From positions 58,528,001 through 58,592,000 of the forward strand of contig NC_043013.1 in the NCBI RefSeq assembly GCF_006345805.1: a stretch of DNA of 64,000 nucleotides, given 5' to 3'. The DNA is from Octopus sinensis (taxonomy: Eukaryota). The position numbers and the translations under genes were made by a program. A model generated the notes under the pieces. It was not told where the DNA came from and did no database searches. It was given only the letters and a program-made list of their open reading frames with translations. Below, piece after piece: positions 39,384 to 53,730 of this stretch (the stretch's first letter is position 1; the number at the start of each line of letters is the position of its first letter).

Positions 39384-40260
39384 CTAGCAATGCATCCCGG
39401 CGTTGCCCGGGTATTATGACCTACAGCGACATTGTATTATTTGTTTCTTATGGGCAGAATCGGCACAAGAGGAGTGTGAAGCAAAAACTCTTCGTATAAA
39501 CATGTATTTTTGTAATTTTGTGATGACTAATTCTGAAATTTTTGACACCAGAAACATGTAGAATGGTAGCTTAGATTAGAGCGAAATCCTAACATTATCC
39601 CACCCCCCAAATTACCTAGACTTACAGAAGTAAAAACTGGAGGACGTGTGAGGACGTAGAGTCATCCGTATTGTAGAAAATAAGGTAGATGGAAAGAGAG
39701 ATGCTTCATTATGAAACGTACCATCTCAGTGATGTTTGGGCAGACTGCACACTTTCAGCATGTGAAGTGAAGCCGACAATGCTCCTGGGTAAACAATGTT
39801 TTGCGGAAGTCCAGTGTTGGTAGAATAAATATACAAGTCATCTGCACTGCTAACTCGAGAGCACGTGACATATAGTTGTCCATAGGAAAAAAAGTAGGGT
39901 ACTTGTAAATTGAGACCCACAATTTTGACCCTAGGCTTTGTTGTCATAGCCAAGCACAATCGCACTGGAAACTGGAGGCGCTTGAATTGAAATGGCATAT
40001 TTGAGGGAATAAGGGGCATGCGTGTCATGTATGCGATCTCTCCTTGATGGCAGCTGGCAATAATGGTGGCTTCTAGGACATCACTTGTCATTGTAGTTAC
40101 AGTCAATCTTGTACTATTGCTTGGTCGTGGTGGGTCCAAATTCATCAAAAGCATGACAGGTGCACCTTTCTTTAGTGGAAGACCTATGGGTTGTATAGAG
40201 ATGAAAAATTCAACTGGATACCTAACATGTCTTTCATCTTCTCCTATAGAAACTTGTTTT
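39384..40260 (-). mobile_element. Helitron 3' fragment with PIF1-like helicase remnant
   Basis: ORF 39726-40154 reads QFPVRLCLAMT...YGQLYVTCSRV...NIVY (Helitron helicase C-terminus). The minus-strand 3' end has hairpin cccgg-gcaacg-ccggg (39396-39411) and CTAG (39384-39387). Confidence 0.85.
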
Positions 40261-40784
40261 CTGTCTTCGTTTCTTCCTCATCTCTCGCTGTCTTTTTTTC
40301 TCATTCTGTGTTTCTCTCGCTCATTCCATAAAAAAAAATATTTGTTTATGCTTTGAAGAGAGCAGAAATTTAAAGAAAAGTGAAGGCGAAAAGGGAGGGA
40401 GCCGAAATTGAAGAAGATGAGGAATGAAAGATGTATGTATATGTATATGAAATGGACGTGTGCGTGTGTGTGCATGCGTGTGTGCGAGAGAAAGAGAGAG
40501 GCAGAGTGAATGAATGAAGGTGTGTGCCTTGATGATGGATGTCTTTTAAGGTACACATTCATATAGAAAATGTGGGGCCTTGGTAGTCGTCGTCGTCGTC
40601 GACGTATGAAATGTTTAGGATAGTTGACTTATGGGAAAGATTATAATGCAAATATGTGAATGAAAACAAAGTTTAGTTGGTAGTTTAGTTTAGTTGAATC
40701 TTTTGATATCTCATACGTCAAAATCGTTAACTCGGTTCTGGACTGCATAGGGAACACACACACATACAAACTATCTCATATATA

Positions 40785-41703
<919 letters not shown>

Positions 41704-41924
41704 TAAATTGTACGAACAGGTCATCCTATAAGTTCTGTCCGGCATTACCTGTTTTAAAATTGAATGAAATAGTATTTTAGAATGTCTAATGGAATTAAAA
41801 ATTATTTTTATGCATTTGTGTACATTTAAACTACTTAAATATTATTTTACAGAATAATAGAATTAAAATTTCTTTGATTAAGACCCTTTCTAACATGGAA
41901 GTATCCAAATAGCATTTAAGGCAC

Positions 41925-42510
41925 ATAATGCTTTATGAATACAAAAAAAGGAAACTCTGCGGCTGAAGCGACTCGAAACATACACTTTATGGGAAAGAAT
42001 GTTTGAATGAAAGAACTTGAGAAGATAGTTTGCAAAATTCAGAAGTGGAGATTTCAGTCTTGAAGATGAAGATCCAATTGAGTTTGATAAGCTCCTTGAG
42101 GCATTACTTGAAGAAAATCCTGCATTATCAGTTGAAGAATTGTCAAGCTTAGTTCAAACCATACAACTGTTCATCGTCATCTTCAACAACTTGGAAAGAT
42201 TCCTAAACTTGGAAAATGGGTACCTCATGGATTGTCCGAAAGGAACCGCAAATCCCGAGTTGACATCTGCTCTTCTCTCCATTCTCGCAAAATCGTTTCA
42301 ACCTTTTTTGATAGACTTGTGACTGGTGACGAAAAATAGATCTTCTATCGAAATGTTAAACGTCATAAGCTGTAGCTTGGTAAAAGGAAAAAGGCTCAAC
42401 TACAAACGAGAAGGGAACTTCATGGGAAAAAGTTTCTTCTCTCTATCTGGTGGGATTGCAAAGGAGTAATTCACGTTGGATTGTTACCAACAATCAATGC
42501 TCAAGGAAAG
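41925..42510 (+). mobile_element. Mariner transposase fragment
   Basis: MLYEYKKGNSAAEATRNI, FAKFRSGDFSLEDE, WVPHGLSE, LVTGDEK*IFY, SIWWDCKGVIH. These are mariner HTH, WVPHEL and TGDEKW motifs. Confidence 0.9.
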
Positions 42511-42597
42511 TAAATTGATGATTAAATTTCAATTAAATATGAAATTTGATCACTTGTTTTCTTTATTCAAACTTCGAACAGAACTTATGGATGATCT

Positions 42598-42667
<70 letters not shown>

Positions 42668-43375
42668 GATATATGTGCATTTATGTTCTCGTCTGTCTTT
42701 AATTATATAAAACGTTTCTCTGAGGAAGACAAACATACAAAGTTCCATTGTTGGAATATCTACAAGGAAAGCATTGTCCTATTTCAAACTTGAGAAAATT
42801 ATATTTTTATTGTTCCGCTTACGCATTATATTTGTGGTGTGTATGTATGAATGCAAGTGGATGGATGTGCGTTTGCATGTATGCATGTTTGTAGTAAACT
42901 CGTAAAGAGTTTAGATAGTAAATTTTTATAACATCCATCGGCAAATGTTTTCCCTACGCCAATCAAACTCATTGTTTCAGTACTTTATACATAGTCACCC
43001 CGAGTCGGTCCCATCGTTCGCTGATAGCTTTTTCTTTATCCTTCGCGTCTGACTGCCATTTAGTCTACTTCATCATAAGAAGTAAAATCCACAGACACAC
43101 GCTGAAGACGCAGCTGTGAAAGCGGTTATTGTAAGATAGATATATCCTTATTTACCTCATGTGGCTAATCTCCATATTCGTTCTGTCCATATATATCACA
43201 TCGACGTATGTCATACCAAAAACTAATTTCAAATTGGCTCTAAACGTCTATGTTGATAATAAATTTCAGACGTTTTAAGATGTGACTTTTGAAGTTGATG
43301 AGTAGCTTTTTTTTCGACATGTACACACACACACGCACACTCACACACGCACGCACACACGCACGCACACACACA

Positions 43376-43407
<32 letters not shown>

Positions 43408-43408
43408 C

Positions 43409-43465
<57 letters not shown>

Positions 43466-45384
43466 AGTATACGTACATACAAGCATACATAAAGACAACC
43501 ACCATATGTATTTTCGGATATCATGGAACTGTCAGATAAGTATATTTTAAGAAATTTAAAATATATTAAATAGCTAAAGCCGAAATTGCAAAGTAGAGGA
43601 AGATGAAAAGAAAATTAGAGAAAGTGAGGCAAAATAAATTAAAATAAATGAGAAAATATAAATACCTAAAAATATGTAAAGATATCTAAAAATGTTATTA
43701 TGTCAGATGGAATATAGGAGTAAAAAATAAAAGAAAATATTTAAATAGGAAGAGAAGGAAGGAAGAACGAAAGAAAAAATACAGAGAAGGGAAGAAGAAA
43801 ACTTTTAAAAAAAACCTAGAAATGGAAGTCATATGATGTAGGTGAGATGAGAGAAGGGGGAAAAGAGACAGCAAATTAGTTGCGGGATAAAAGTAAGCGA
43901 ATGTTGCAGAAGTGCAAAGATAATTATTATGTTAGAGTCATTAAGGGATTATACACACACACAGACACATATATATATATATGCATTTGTAATACGTATG
44001 TACATGCATACGCACACACATATATTTAACAAAAGATGTGAAAATAATATCAGATTGAGGGAACGATGAATAAAGATGACGTTCTTTGTTCCTGCGTCTG
44101 CTCAAGCCTTGTGTGTTTTGGTTGATCGAATGCATCGCTGGACTTGTTTATCATATTGGTGCTCTTTTGTCAAAACAAGGAGTTTTACAAAAAAGTATCT
44201 GATTAAATTTCAGGAGAGTATAAACAGCTATATTCAGTTGATTAGTGTTAATTTTAAACTGACGCCATCATATCATCCCACTAGAAGGACATGACACAAT
44301 TTATGAGTAATTAATGGTTTAAAGTTAGGTTCCGAACACCGAAGTTCTGGGTCGGATCCGAATCCACAGTGTCTTGTGCAAATGCCTTCTATCATACAAT
44401 CCGATGAGACAACCCTATTTTAGGAACATTTGATAAAATTAGTCGTGTGGGAGCCTGAGTTACTTGCTTGTTTGTATATACGTACAGATGCATGGAAATG
44501 CACGCATATTCTTGTTTGCCAAGCGTGTGAGATAATTATCGGTGTTTTAGTGTGTGTGCGCGCGTGTCTGTTAATGATTTAATCCATTTCTGTATGTCAC
44601 TCTATTTTGTTACCATGCTTATAAAATGTTACTTTATTAAATCTGTGCCTAGTAGTGTCATGGTTCCATTCGTTGAATCTTTCTTCGTTCTGTTTTCATA
44701 GGTCGATGTCTCCATTGTTTCAGGATCGTAAGATTTTATTAATGATATTTTTATCTTTGTCCTAGAATCGTCAATTCACTGGCCAATACACTGGTTGTTG
44801 ATGCCATAAACTATTTTGTCTAAACTTGTTTATCTCTCTTTTAATTTCAATTCGCTGATTCAGTAGCAACGCTGGCTCCGGTTATTACTTGCGCAATTTT
44901 ATTCAACTTTGCTAAATCCTGACCTGTTTTGCTGCCGCCGCTGCTTCATTTTGGATGCTTTCATTGGGCGATTCCGGAATTCTCTGGTTGATTAGGAAGA
45001 TATGTTGTTTTGTGAAATTTGTTTGTATAGCTTTTCTTGAGACAATTCTATGGTTGTATTGTCTATATTAATTCGATCATCGTAACCTCTTTCGCTAGAA
45101 TTTCCGATCAGTCCCTTTTATAAATTCTAATTCTATGTGTGGTGGTGACACTAATGATTTCCATACAATCTGGGAATGGCTTTGTGTATTTTACCTGATG
45201 TCTCTAAACTGTCACTTTTTCTTCACACATGTATCCAAACACTCACATATGTATGTCATTGTTCAGTTTTATTTCAACATTTCTTGCCAATAGAGAAAAG
45301 AGCTGGTTTCTAACCTAGATCCAAGGCTCCTTCATTGGAATTTCAACATCAACAACAGGATATCTTTGTTTGTATGTATGTATG

Positions 45385-45845
45385 TATGTCAGGTCACTTT
45401 TGAGTGCTACTGGTAACATGTAACCCAGAACAACCTGTTGCATGGTCGGGTCGTCGGCGACTAAACCGGCAACCCCACCAAGCTTGCTTATTGGACAACC
45501 TGCGGGATGAAAAACAAAGCCCGTCAAAGGGCGGAGGAAATCTTGAGAGTCAACGGCCATCCAATAAATGTCTTAAGGCTGTATCATGCGCGGGGAAGAA
45601 ATAATCGGACTGAATAACCGATCGCGCGGTTAAACCTTTGGGAGTGAAGTTAAGGCATCCTTCTAAGAGAAGGCAACTCAGGTAACTGGGATAACTCCGA
45701 CATAAAACCTGCGGCTCAGTGGTTACCCAAGATGTTGACTTGTTCTTCTTTTCGGATTATGGCTGCTGTTGCTTAGTGAGTGGGATTGACTCAGTGCACA
45801 GCCTTTCCTCACTTTAAAAAAAAATCTTCTTGCACAAGCATTGCA
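45385..45845 (+). mobile_element. Possible RTE/BovB-type LINE 5' UTR fragment
   Basis: Non-coding, GC-richer block ending gggattgactcagtgcacagcctttcctcactttaaaaaaaaatc, which resembles RTE-clade 5' UTRs from memory only. Confidence 0.35.
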
Positions 45846-46239
45846 CGATAACAACATTGATTAAGCTTCGTGAAATGGCCATACTCGATAACGAGGGGGC
45901 AGCTACCATGTATGTATGTATGTATGTATGTATGTATGTATGTATGTATGTATGTATGTATGTATGTTATGTATGTATGTATGCGTGCAGATCCGCATGT
46001 TTTGCTTTGTGTATGTATTCTCATGCATATACTTGTTTATCTAGACATGCTCATATCTATTTCAATGATAAACTTCTGGAAAGTCTTACAGGTTTTTCCA
46101 GTTCCGTTCATGGATCGGATCTGTAGTCTTCGAATTAGCTTTCTCCTTTCTGGTTTTGAGAAGACTAATTTCGCAAGATTTATTTAGGCAGTATGTTACA
46201 TATCCCAAGGCCCCAATAATTACAGGTATAAACCTGAAC

Positions 46240-46745
46240 TGGATAGAGTAACTGCATATTTCTTAATAGTTCAGCGTAGGTATTCTCTTTTTCACTGATC
46301 CGGCCTCAAAGTCGTTTTCTTTAGGCGAATCGAGGACCTTCTGCGATTCAAAATCGATGTTAAAATGGTGACCTTTTAGCTGCCTTTTCGTCTTGCGGAA
46401 GAGATGGAAGCCTGCAGGTATTAAATCTGGCGAATAGAGTGGGTGTGGAAACGATACGGTGTTGATTTTGTGGTTAGGGTTAGGAGTGGTGGAGCCCGGT
46501 GACAGGGTGCTGCATTGTCGTCTTGAAGAATCCAATACTTCGCGCTCCACAAATCCGGTCGCTTTCGGCGAACGTCCTCCCTCAAACGCTCAACACATCG
46601 CTGTAAAACTCTCGATTGACCGTCCGGTTGTCCTTTGGGACGAATTCTTGACGCCCAAAACCTTGGACAACGAAAACAAGGATCCGTATGCTCTTGAATG
46701 AGCTGCAGCTATGTCGTGCCTTCTTCGGTCGGGTCGTAGAGATGA
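46240..46745 (-). mobile_element. Mariner transposase C-terminal fragment
   Basis: EFVPKDNRTVNREFYSDVL and HPLYSPDLIPAGFHLF...LKGHHF (YSPDL motif). Confidence 0.9.
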
Positions 46746-47366
46746 AGGGCTCATCCATCGTGACGACTGCTACCTCCTCGACATGAAGGGTGGAGAATGA
46801 GGAGGAGAGGAAATAAGAAGGAGGAGTAGAGAAAGAAGAAGGAGGAGGAAAAGAAGAAGGAGGAGGTAAAGAAGAAGGAATAGGAGAAGAAGGAGTAGGA
46901 AAAGAAGACGAAGTGTATGTTTCTGTCTGTATGCACAAACATATATGCACACATATGTATATATGAAGGTACGCATGTGTGTGTATATGAAGGTACACAT
47001 GTGTGTATATATATGTATGTGTATGTTTCCACTGCAAACTGGAATTGGTTTGATTGTATGATCATTTTATATATGTGCTGCAGTCAGTTTCTTCTGTATT
47101 GTTATTTTTGTTCATGCTTCGTTCTAGCAAAGTACTTTTACCATTTAATTTATTGCAGTACCAAACTATTGACTGTGTGTTTTATTTTCACTTCAAACAT
47201 CATTTTGTTATCAATCTTTAGATCTTTATCTGTATGCTAGTATCAATGTTGCAAGCGGCCATTCACCGTAAATATTGGTTTATGGAAGACACATGACAAA
47301 TATATTGATAATAAATACACGAGCAGATCTCTTTAAGATTAGCAGAGGAGGTAGTACACACTCACA

Positions 47367-47424
<58 letters not shown>

Positions 47425-47574
47425 CTGCAAATGTTTTTGTTAAGCAGTGCCGGTTTTTACAATTATGTAAATAATAATAATAGTATTTTATTAGCTTAAA
47501 GCTTATAGCGGACACTGCACAATGACTAAAGAAAATAGTCTAATAATGGGGCTTATAAAGCCGAGACAGAAAAA

Positions 47575-47660
47575 TGGAGGTCTTCCCGTAAGCGCGGGAC
47601 TCGAACCCACACCTCTCTGTTTACTCGACCCAGTGTGCTACCGAATATATTAGCCAAACT
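47575..47660 (-). mobile_element. tRNA-like SINE head
   Basis: Minus-strand B-box gggttcgagtcccgcg; no complete cloverleaf. Confidence 0.5.
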
Positions 47661-47702
47661 ACATGCTTTTTTCTGTCAGATTTAATAACTTTAAATAGAT
47701 GG

Positions 47703-47735
<33 letters not shown>

Positions 47736-47941
47736 TATATTTCAATAGGTGAATGAATTATCCTATGTTTATCGCCAGCATGGAAAATTAGTTGAACCGA
47801 TACCAAGGTAGCAAATTCGCGTCAGAAATACGGTTGACGCGACCTGTCCAAAGTTAGAAACTCCGGGTTCATTTGCAGGAATTTGTGTGTTATATATGAA
47901 TAAATGAAAGAATGGAGTCGAACGAAGATGTTAACAAAATT

Positions 47942-48034
47942 CCTTTACTCTCGACATATGTTTCGAAGACCACATGGTTTCATTCCAAAGGAATAAAGGG
48001 TGTATGATGCAATCTTCTCATCAGGAAAGAAAGG
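47942..48034 (-). ncRNA. Type I hammerhead ribozyme (PLE-type)
   Basis: Reverse-complement copy of 48559-48651. Confidence 0.85.
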
Positions 48035-48558
48035 GAGCCTCTCTCGGCAACAAGACAAACAAAAATTTCGATGACTGTCTACATGGTAAACAAAACGACA
48101 ATAAGTGACTTTTTTTAAAAAACCGTTAGAAGATTTTACGTCAAAGTTAGATAGTAGGAAGAGAAGGGTTAAAGGAATGATAGGTAGGGAACCAGTGGAA
48201 AGAGAAGGGTTTTTTGATTAAGAATGTTCAAAGGCTTAGGAAAGAATTTCACTATTGAAGTGGAGCGTATGTTAAGCTAATTGTTCAAAGCACGATGCCT
48301 ATCGTAATCATTTGTAAGAGTAAAAAGTATGTTTCTGCCAGTGCTTACATTTATAGGATTTCTCTATGAGTGTGTTTACAAGGGGAACCTTAGAGAAGAG
48401 GATATGGAAGAGCTCAGAGTTGCAAATGTTACAAAATCTCCTGCCCTTATCAAAAGGAAAGGATACAGAGTGTATGAGCCAATCTAACTTATTGTCGTTT
48501 TGTTTACCATGTAGACAGTCATCGAAATTTTTGTTTGTCTTGTTGCCGAGAGAGGCTC

Positions 48559-48651
48559 CCTTTCTTTCCTGATGAGAAGATTGCATCATACACCCTTTAT
48601 TCCTTTGGAATGAAACCATGTGGTCTTCGAAACATATGTCGAGAGTAAAGG
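48559..48651 (+). ncRNA. Type I hammerhead ribozyme (PLE-type)
   Basis: Stem I cctttctttc/gagagtaaagg; core CTGATGA (48569-48575); stem II gaagattgcat/atgtggtcttc; GAAA (48629-48632); short palindromic stem III c-atat-g; GTC cleavage triplet (48638-48640). Confidence 0.85.
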
Positions 48652-48683
48652 AATTTTGTTAACATCTTCGTTCGACTCCATTC

Positions 48684-48750
<67 letters not shown>

Positions 48751-48757
<7 letters not shown>

Positions 48758-48856
48758 GAAATGAGATAATCAGAAGATCGGATGGTTCATATTTACAGAT
48801 ATTAATATCTGTAAATATGAACCATCCGATCTTCTGATTACCTCATTTCTTCTAAT
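48751..48856. repeat. 106-bp near-perfect palindrome with no loop
   Basis: attagaagaaatgagataatcagaagatcggatggttcatatttacagatatt followed directly by its reverse complement, with 1 mismatch seen. Confidence 0.95.
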
Positions 48857-48886
48857 ATATAATACCTGTACACCATCTCCAAACCT

Positions 48887-48955
<69 letters not shown>

Positions 48956-49500
48956 CATAGATGCACATATAAACACACACACACATACACAAATATACAT
49001 TCATAAGTGTGTGTGTGCATTTGCATAATTATATATATACATACTGAAGTATAAAAATTAATTTTAATTATATGTAAATACATTACATGTATATTTTGAA
49101 ATATATGCATATGTAAGTTTTAAGTATATGTTTGGTGCAGGCATAAACATGCATGCCCAAATGGTTAGGGGGTTGGCTCTTGATCCGAGGAACATTCTTT
49201 TGATTCTCAGACCAGTTAACGTTCGAGACCTTGAGCAAGATATTTCATTATATGTTATTCCAGTCTACACAATTGCAATGGGTCTCGACCCATTTTTAAA
49301 GTAATGGCCAACTTCCATTATTTCTCTAAACTCCGATATTCTATTGGAATCGGGAGGGGAACTGATTATGTGACTAAGAATTCTATCAACTGCATAACAC
49401 ACAAGGACAAAAATTGAAAGCATGTAATATGCATACACTCTTGTGAGGACAATACTTCTCTATGCTCTCTTTCTCTCTCTCTCTCCTATCCCTCTCTCTG

Positions 49501-49559
<59 letters not shown>

Positions 49560-50255
49560 GAAATGAGGTACTCAGAATTCGGATGGTTTTATATTTACAG
49601 ATATTTATTTGTACATTACATGTTTTTATACATCATATAACTTAGATCATGTATTGGCGCTTTCTCCCATTCTAGTGGGGTTTTCAAATCAAACTAAGTT
49701 CCTGGGTGAAATGTTTTGACCATTTTATAGTGTTATTGAGCTTGTAGTGGTGGGGAAGACAGTACAAGAGGGTGATGGATGAGGAGAAAGTGAGAGAGAG
49801 AACATGTGTGTGTGTGTGTGTGTGTGTTTGCTTGTATTTGAAAGAGGTGCTAAAGAAAAAGAGGGGAGAGGAGAGGAAAGAAGAAAAAATAAATTTGTTT
49901 GTCCTGCTGGACAGGATGCTTACTTAAGGGGGTTCTAAGATCTTGGGGAAAAAGAATTTCAGTTTTGACCATTTCATAATGTTATTGAGTGAGCGGTGGC
50001 CAGGAGGTAGACCATAAATTATGTTTCCTTTTTATCATTGTGAGAGTGTGTGTGTGTTTAATGACGGATGGTCAAATGGATTTTGGGTTTAGAGAAGAAA
50101 ATTTTTTTTATTATTGTTTTGTGGAGGTGTGTGTGTGTGTGTGCATGTCTGTGAGTTTGGAGAAGGGAGGAAAGGAGAAGAAGAAAATTAATATTCCTTT
50201 GATTAACACTGGGTATCATTATAGATACAAGCTAATTAAGTAAATAAACAATATA

Positions 50256-50680
50256 GGCGTAGGAGTGGCTGTGTGGTAAGTAGCTTCCTTACCAACCACA
50301 TGGTTCCGGTTTCAGTCCCACTGCATGGCATCTAGGGCAAGTGTCTTTTACTATAGCCTCGGCCGACCAAAACCTTGTAAGTGGATTTGGTAGACGAAAA
50401 CTGAAAGAAACCCATCGTATATATGTGTGTATATATATATGTGTATATATATATGTGTGTGTGTGTATGTGTATATGTTTGTGTGTCTGTGTTTGTCCCC
50501 CCAACATCGCTTGACAACTGATGCTGATGTATTTACATCCCCGTAACCTGGCAGTTCAGCAAAAGAGACTGATAGAATAAGTACTAGGGTTACAAAGAAT
50601 AAGTTCTGGGGTCGATTTGCTTGACTAAAGGCGGTACTCCAGCATGGCCACAGTCAAATGACTCAAACAAGTAAAAGAGT
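50256..50680 (+). mobile_element. tRNA-derived SINE, family A
   Basis: Collinear with 5210-5621. Confidence 0.85.
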
Positions 50681-50713
50681 AATTTTTAGTTTTAAATATT
50701 TGAATTATTACGT

Positions 50714-52510
50714 ATTTTCTATAAATCTTCTCTGTTGAAGTTACTAAGTTGTATATATACTTCATCATGATTCTAGTGATTAAGCTATTTTATATCCTTT
50801 TCTCTTTATAAGCTATTTTATATCCTTAATACTTTATAATTGCCTTTAGACAAACCTAAATTTTTGTACCCCTTTAAATTCATACGTAGCTTATAAAAGA
50901 ACAATATGGATGTGTTCACAACTTAAAATTAAACTGCTTAGATTATAATTTAACTAATTTATAGTAAATTTGTTCTCTCACCTATATAATTAGAATGTCC
51001 TTTTAACAACAATTATTCTTTTAACCAATACCGGGTTTCAGTCTTGATTATAATAAGCTAAATAAGTTAATTAACAATTTTTAAATCATAATACTTAAAC
51101 TATTTTCTATAATACTTAAACATTTTCTATAAATATTTGCTATTGAAGTTAATAAGGTATGGATATTTTATTATGGTTTTTAGTGATTAGGCTGTTTTTA
51201 TTCCTTTTCTATGAGACTCTACCCTAACTGATCATTTTATTGTTATTATTATTATTATTATTTTAATTAAATCTAATCTTTGTAACCCTATTAATTCGAA
51301 CTCAGCTTATATAAGGCAATACCGGTATCTCAACAACTTAAAATAGTGCAATTTAATTAAATCATTATATAATTAACATGTTCTTTAAGCTCAGTTGCTC
51401 CCTTATTAAATACCAGTTAAATCCAATTGATTAATCTCCATAGAAACCATATAATAAGTTAATATTTAGATAAGTAATAAGTAAATAAATGTTAAAATAT
51501 TTCTTTGCAATTTTCTTTTTCCTTCCTCCATTGTGGTAAACAATTTGGTATATATTCAAGATATTCAAAGAAATTTTATCCTTTTGTTAAAATTTCATTC
51601 TTAATAATCTTCTTGATTACCCTAAATTTTAAATTTATCCAATAAATGAAATGATCTTTAGAAATTATTTGATTTGTCTCTTTCTTAAATGGCTCTACCC
51701 TCCTGATCTTAGTATTGATAAGGGCCTTTATATGAATAACCATCCTAAACAAGTGCCACTAAGAAGCTATAAATATCATGTAGGGAGTAGCAATAATAAC
51801 TTCTTAAACTTATAATATAACCCTTAGTTTTTAAAAAAAGATTATTGTAAAATATGATTGTTCCATAGCTTAAATATTCCTTTAGCTGATACCAGACATC
51901 AGACTTTTATTGATATTAGCTAAATAAGTAAATATATAATTTTTAGTCTAATATATTTTGAATTATTATACTTTTTCTAAAACTCTTCTCTATTGGTGTT
52001 AATAAGCTACATATACTTTACCATAGTGTTAGTAATTAAGTTATTTTATTTCCTTTTCTACGATGTTCCGCCCTACTTGATTATTTTATTTTATTTCTTT
52101 ATTATTTTATAGTTAGCCTTTATTTATTTATAAAATTAATCTAATTTTTGTATCTCTATAAATTCATACTTAGCTTATATACAACTATATTGGCATATTC
52201 ACTATTAAAACAAACACTGCTAAGATTAAAATTTTATTAATATATAATTAGCATGTCCTTTTACCTCAAAACTCCTTTATTAATACCAGTATATACCAAT
52301 TAATCAGTATTCACAGCTACCATCTGATGAGTTAGTATTTAAGTGTACGATATGTATAAATATTAAACTATTTCTGGATAATTTCTTTTCCTCCCTCTAT
52401 TGTGGTAAAAGTTTGGCATATATTCAAAAGTATTCATGAATTTCTATCCTTTTGTTATAATATTCTTCTTAATAATGCTCTGAATAACCCAAAACTTTAA
52501 CTGTATACAA
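50714..52510. repeat. Old AT-rich tandem duplication (three diverged collinear copies)
   Basis: Marker ttttcta.aa...ctattg..gttaataag occurs at ~50716, ~51124 and ~51972. Marker ct.c.attgtggtaaa occurs at ~51526 and ~52394. Confidence 0.7.
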
Positions 52511-53299
52511 TATAGCAACATTTGTGCTCTGGGACATATTTCTGGCATACGGCTTGCACAGAAGACATGTATACAATATATCAACATTTAAAATATTTAA
52601 CTATAGTACTACATGATAAGACTACCCCTGTTTCATTATCAATGGTCTGCTAGTGGGCGACACCCTTAATTGTCAGCTAACATCTTGTTTTAAGTTTTCC
52701 TTTACCTAACTTCATTATATTTCTTCTAATAAATCTTGATTTTTATGACTATATCAAGTATAATTTATGTCTGCTCCCTCAGCCCTAACCCAACAGAAAC
52801 TACTCTTTGTTCTCTCAACCTTAGAAGGATTTGATAAACTAGTCTATAAATTAACACTGACCCATAAAAACAAAAACAAAAAAAAATCAGTGACAGGCAG
52901 AATGTGTAACAATGTATATCTTCTTGATAACTTAGTAACTTCTATGCTGGAGTGAAGCCAGCATGTTCTTTGTCTATCTCCTTAACTTCTTGGAGATTTT
53001 AGGTACAGATATATAAATGTGTCCATCTGTTCTAATTTATTTAAATTCTATGTCTTTGTGCAGCTGATGATTGCTCTGCATTTTAAATTGATGTAATGAT
53101 TGCATTGTTCAATTAAATGGAGTTGCATGAACGATCGTACTGCATTACATCACGATATCCTTGTTGCTTATTTTGATTTTAATCTCCTTACTTTGAAATT
53201 GTATGGATAATACCGTATTAAATTCTGGTGTCTTAACTTAAATATCATATTCATCTGAATCTATATATATATATAGATAGATAGATATAAATAAATAAA

Positions 53300-53730
53300 T
53301 AAATATATATATATATAATTGTTATTGGTATCCTTTTGTCTTCGGAGACAATAGAGGTGCACATAAACTATTCCAGACTGGTTTTTACATTTCATGTCCT
53401 CTCTAGTTTCCTCTCCAGTTTTGCGTAGGCCTGGGCTAGATGTAAGAAAATCTTGGGTGGCCCAATAGTCAGGATTCCTCTCTTGACTTTGCTGACGTAG
53501 CCCAAAGGAATGCAGAGCATTACGTTTGGCACCAACTTGGTTGCAGGAGCTGTCAGAAGAATGTCGAGTCAAACACTAATCCGTCCCCGGGGCTCCACTC
53601 TGGATTTCTTTGAAGGTTGTCTCCTTTCCATAACCCTGGATAGGAGCCCATACCGGGTACTGTCAGCCGGAGCCAGTTTCAGGCAGGGTCGTCAATCCCT
53701 GAAGTAGTGAAGAAAATCGCTACCCACTAC
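53300..53730 (+). mobile_element. Possible RTE/BovB-type LINE 5' region fragment
   Basis: ggcaccaacttggttgcaggagctgtcagaag...gggctccactctggattt resembles RTE-clade 5' sequence from memory only. Confidence 0.35.

Larger units (their letters stand above)
47904..48689. repeat. 203-bp inverted repeat (47904-48106 / 48487-48689) with a 380-bp spacer
   Basis: The arms read as exact reverse complements by eye, and each contains a hammerhead motif. Confidence 0.95.
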
